DNA of 64,000 nt, taken from positions 32,001 to 96,000 of the forward strand of contig CAWAIF010000002.1 in the NCBI GenBank assembly GCA_963782055.1. Reading direction: 5' to 3'. The number at the start of each line of letters is the position of its first letter. The first letter of the stretch is position 1. The stretch is from an uncultured delta proteobacterium (lineage in GTDB: Bacteria > Myxococcota_A > Polyangia > Polyangiales > Polyangiaceae). Of the stretch, positions 61,742-64,000 are shown one piece after another. The notes beneath the pieces were generated by a model. The model had not been told where the DNA came from, did no database searches, and was given only the letters and a program-made list of their open reading frames with translations. Both the position numbers and the translations under genes were made by a program.

Positions 61742-63998
61742 CGAGATCCCGGAGCTCCTCGTCCAGGCGATCGTCGTAGGCGTCGCGCTCGGCGCGCGTC
61801 GTCGACTTGGCTTTCGTCCCCGCGAAGCGCTTCGCCTCGCGGGCGGCGCCGCCGGCTTGCCACTTGCGGATCATCCGGACGACGCCGAACCCGCCTGCGG
61901 CGATGGCCACGAGGGGGACGGCGTAGATGGCGCGCATGGCCCCCTTGTTGGGCGGGACGGCGAGCGAGTCTTCCCCGTACTGCTTCTCGTACTCCAGGAT
62001 GATCTGATCGTTGGTCTCCCCGGCGGCGAACTTCTCTCGGATGGCGTCCCGAGCTTCCTCGGCCGTCTCGCACGTGCACGTCGAGAGCAGATCGCGCGCG
62101 CAGGTGCCGCACATGCACCGGAGCGCGCCGAACACCGCGCGCTCCCGGGCGTTGCGGATCTGCACCGTGCCGGTGTCCTCGTGCATCGTTTTTGTGGGCG
62201 TCTGCGCCCACGCTGGCGCAGGGAGCGCCGCGAGGACGATGCCTATCGTCACGCTCGCCGCGACGGCGGCGCCGGTACGACCGAAGGCCCACAGGCGAGA
62301 CTCGGCAGGCTGGAGCTCCGGCCACATGCAGACGATGCTCCCGAAGATGAGGATGATCGCCCCGAGCCAGATCCACGAAACCAGCGGGTTCACGTGCACC
62401 TGGAAGGACGCGACCTTCGTCTGCGGGTTGATGCTCCCGACGACGAGGTACAGGTCGTCGCGGATGGAGTGCATCATCGACACCTCTGTCGTCGGCGACT
62501 CGGGCATCTTCTTGTAGATGAACTTCGCCGGGGAGGCGATGCCGAGGGAGGTGCCGCCCTTCGTCACCTTGAGGTCGGCGAAGACCATCCGCTTGGTGTT
62601 GTCCACCTCCATGCGCGGGCCGAGGTACTCCAGCGTGTAGCCCTCGACCTGGTAGGTGTCGTGCGGAGACATGGACGTCTCGCGGTCGACCGTCCACGAC
62701 TTGCCGGTGAAGCCGATGAAGGCCATCACGATGCCGAAGTGGACGATGTAGCCGCCGTAACGGCGGCGCGAGGTGTGCGGGAGGGTGACCAGCGTGTAGA
62801 TCAGGTACGGCCCGCCCAGCGCCACGAGCGAGGCGCCGATCGAGACCGCCACGAGCGCCGACCTGGAGGGGAAGGAGTGCCGCATCAGCACCACCCCGGT
62901 GAGGGTGACGGCGGCGAGCGCCCCGCCCAGGCCGAGCAGCCAGCCGGAGCCCTTCGACGCGCCGCTGCGCTGGCGCGAGCGGAAGAGCATGACGTACTCC
63001 TGCACGATGATCGTCGCGTTGAAGACGACGAGCGAGAAGCCCATGACGGGCGTGAAGGCGTTGAACGCCCGCAGCGCCTTGCCGAGCGGCCCGCCGTAGA
63101 TCGGGTCGGACCACACGACGGCCGGGAAGCCCACCGCCTTGCCGATGAGGAAGTGCAGGATGATCGCGAGACCCATGGCGGACAGCGGGATGGTGAACGC
63201 CCGCTTGAGCGCGCCGGGGCTCGTCTTCTTCCACCCGAAGAGCGTGCCGATGCCCATCAGGGCGAAGATGGTCAGGGCGATGGGCTGCACCCAGGCGTTG
63301 TAGTAGGGCGGTCCGACGGTGACCTTCTCCCCGCCGAGCGCCTCGGTGAGCATGGGGAAGGTGGTCGCCACGAGCACGAAGGACATGAACCCCATGAGCG
63401 CCCAGTTGTTCAGCAAGAAGGTGAACTCGCGGGACCAGATGGACTCGATCTCCGGGCGGGTGGACTGGAAGCCGAGCGGCTGCGTCATCCGGCGGTAGAC
63501 GATCTCGATGCCGGTGTAGGTGGCCGCGCCGACGATGCCGGCGTCCAGGAGGACCTGCACCGCCGAGGTGACGGGGAGCTTGCTCAGCGCCCAGATCCCC
63601 GGGGCGCAGATGCCGAGCATGACGTAGCCGGTGGTGAGCGCGGCGATGCGCAGCTTGTGGACGTACGCGCGCGCCTGCGACGAGGGGAGGTCCTCCGGCG
63701 CTTCCAGGTTACGGAGCTCCGGCCAGCGGTACAGGATGAGGGAGAAGGCGAAGACCGCGAGGATGACCAGGAAGTAGACGAAGTACGTCCCGATGCTGGA
63801 CTGCGCGAAGGAGTGCACGCTGGCGATGGCGCCCGACCGTGTGAGGAAGGTGCCGAAGATGGTGAGGAAGAACGTCAGGCATATGAGCGCGACGTTCCAC
63901 ACGCGGAGCAGGCCTCGCCGCTCCTGGATCATCACCGAGTGGACGTAGGCGCTGGCCGTGAGGAAGGGCAAGAACGCCGCGTTCTCCACCGGGTCCCA
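61734..63998 (-). CDS. ccmF: Cytochrome c heme lyase CcmF fused to a CcmH-like domain (5' end outside window)
   Basis: WDPVENA, GTFLTRSG..SVHSF, VGPPYYN, YGGYIVHFG, NPLVSWIW; C-terminal LRCMCGTC...YGE..LA.PP. Confidence 0.9.
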   Translation of the reverse strand, partial: WDPVENAAFLPFLTASAYVHSVMIQERRGLLRVWNVALICLTFFLTIFGTFLTRSGAIASVHSFAQSSIGTYFVYFLVILAVFAFSLILYRWPELRNLEAPEDLPSSQARAYVHKLRIAALTTGYVMLGICAPGIWALSKLPVTSAVQVLLDAGIVGAATYTGIEIVYRRMTQPLGFQSTRPEIESIWSREFTFLLNNWALMGFMSFVLVATTFPMLTEALGGEKVTVGPPYYNAWVQPIALTIFALMGIGTLFGWKKTSPGALKRAFTIPLSAMGLAIILHFLIGKAVGFPAVVWSDPIYGGPLGKALRAFNAFTPVMGFSLVVFNATIIVQEYVMLFRSRQRSGASKGSGWLLGLGGALAAVTLTGVVLMRHSFPSRSALVAVSIGASLVALGGPYLIYTLVTLPHTSRRRYGGYIVHFGIVMAFIGFTGKSWTVDRETSMSPHDTYQVEGYTLEYLGPRMEVDNTKRMVFADLKVTKGGTSLGIASPAKFIYKKMPESPTTEVSMMHSIRDDLYLVVGSINPQTKVASFQVHVNPLVSWIWLGAIILIFGSIVCMWPELQPAESRLWAFGRTGAAVAASVTIGIVLAALPAPAWAQTPTKTMHEDTGTVQIRNARERAVFGALRCMCGTCARDLLSTCTCETAEEARDAIREKFAAGETNDQIILEYEKQYGEDSLAVPPNKGAMRAIYAVPLVAIAAGGFGVVRMIRKWQAGGAAREAKRFAGTKAKSTTRAERDAYDDRLDEELRDLDG

Positions 63999-64000
63999 CG

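Overview
Very GC-rich bacterial chromosome segment. Gene content (Ser/Thr kinases with Pro/Ala-rich tails, PEGA proteins, Cys-rich lipoproteins, a sigma32-like factor) points to a myxobacterium, probably Polyangiaceae-like; this is inference. The window appears to span the replication origin: an oriC-like intergenic region (~59224-59591) with an AT-rich patch, DnaA-trio-like repeats and DnaA boxes sits directly upstream of dnaN-recF-gyrB. dnaA is absent, and a variant cytochrome c maturation operon lies on that side instead. Two parS palindromes lie at zapA-bioF-bioD, about 12-13.5 kb away. Most other genes are housekeeping or envelope genes (coaX, tsaD, acyl-CoA carboxylase beta subunit, pyrH, dapF, aroC, aroKB, ccmA, MoxR-DUF58-transglutaminase). 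Other notable patterns: (i) five clear and one probable +1 frameshifts, including one in the essential dnaN, fall at or next to GATCT, most likely a methylation-linked sequencing error; (ii) a structured REP-like repeat occurs in tandem and dispersed; (iii) many genes look leaderless; (iv) two sigma54 promoters have upstream repeats; (v) kinase/TPR-PEGA/Cys-rich lipoprotein cassettes; (vi) a signalling pair in which all recognisable domains look degenerate. I found no rRNA, tRNA, CRISPR array or transposase. All calls come from reading motifs by eye; no database search was run.
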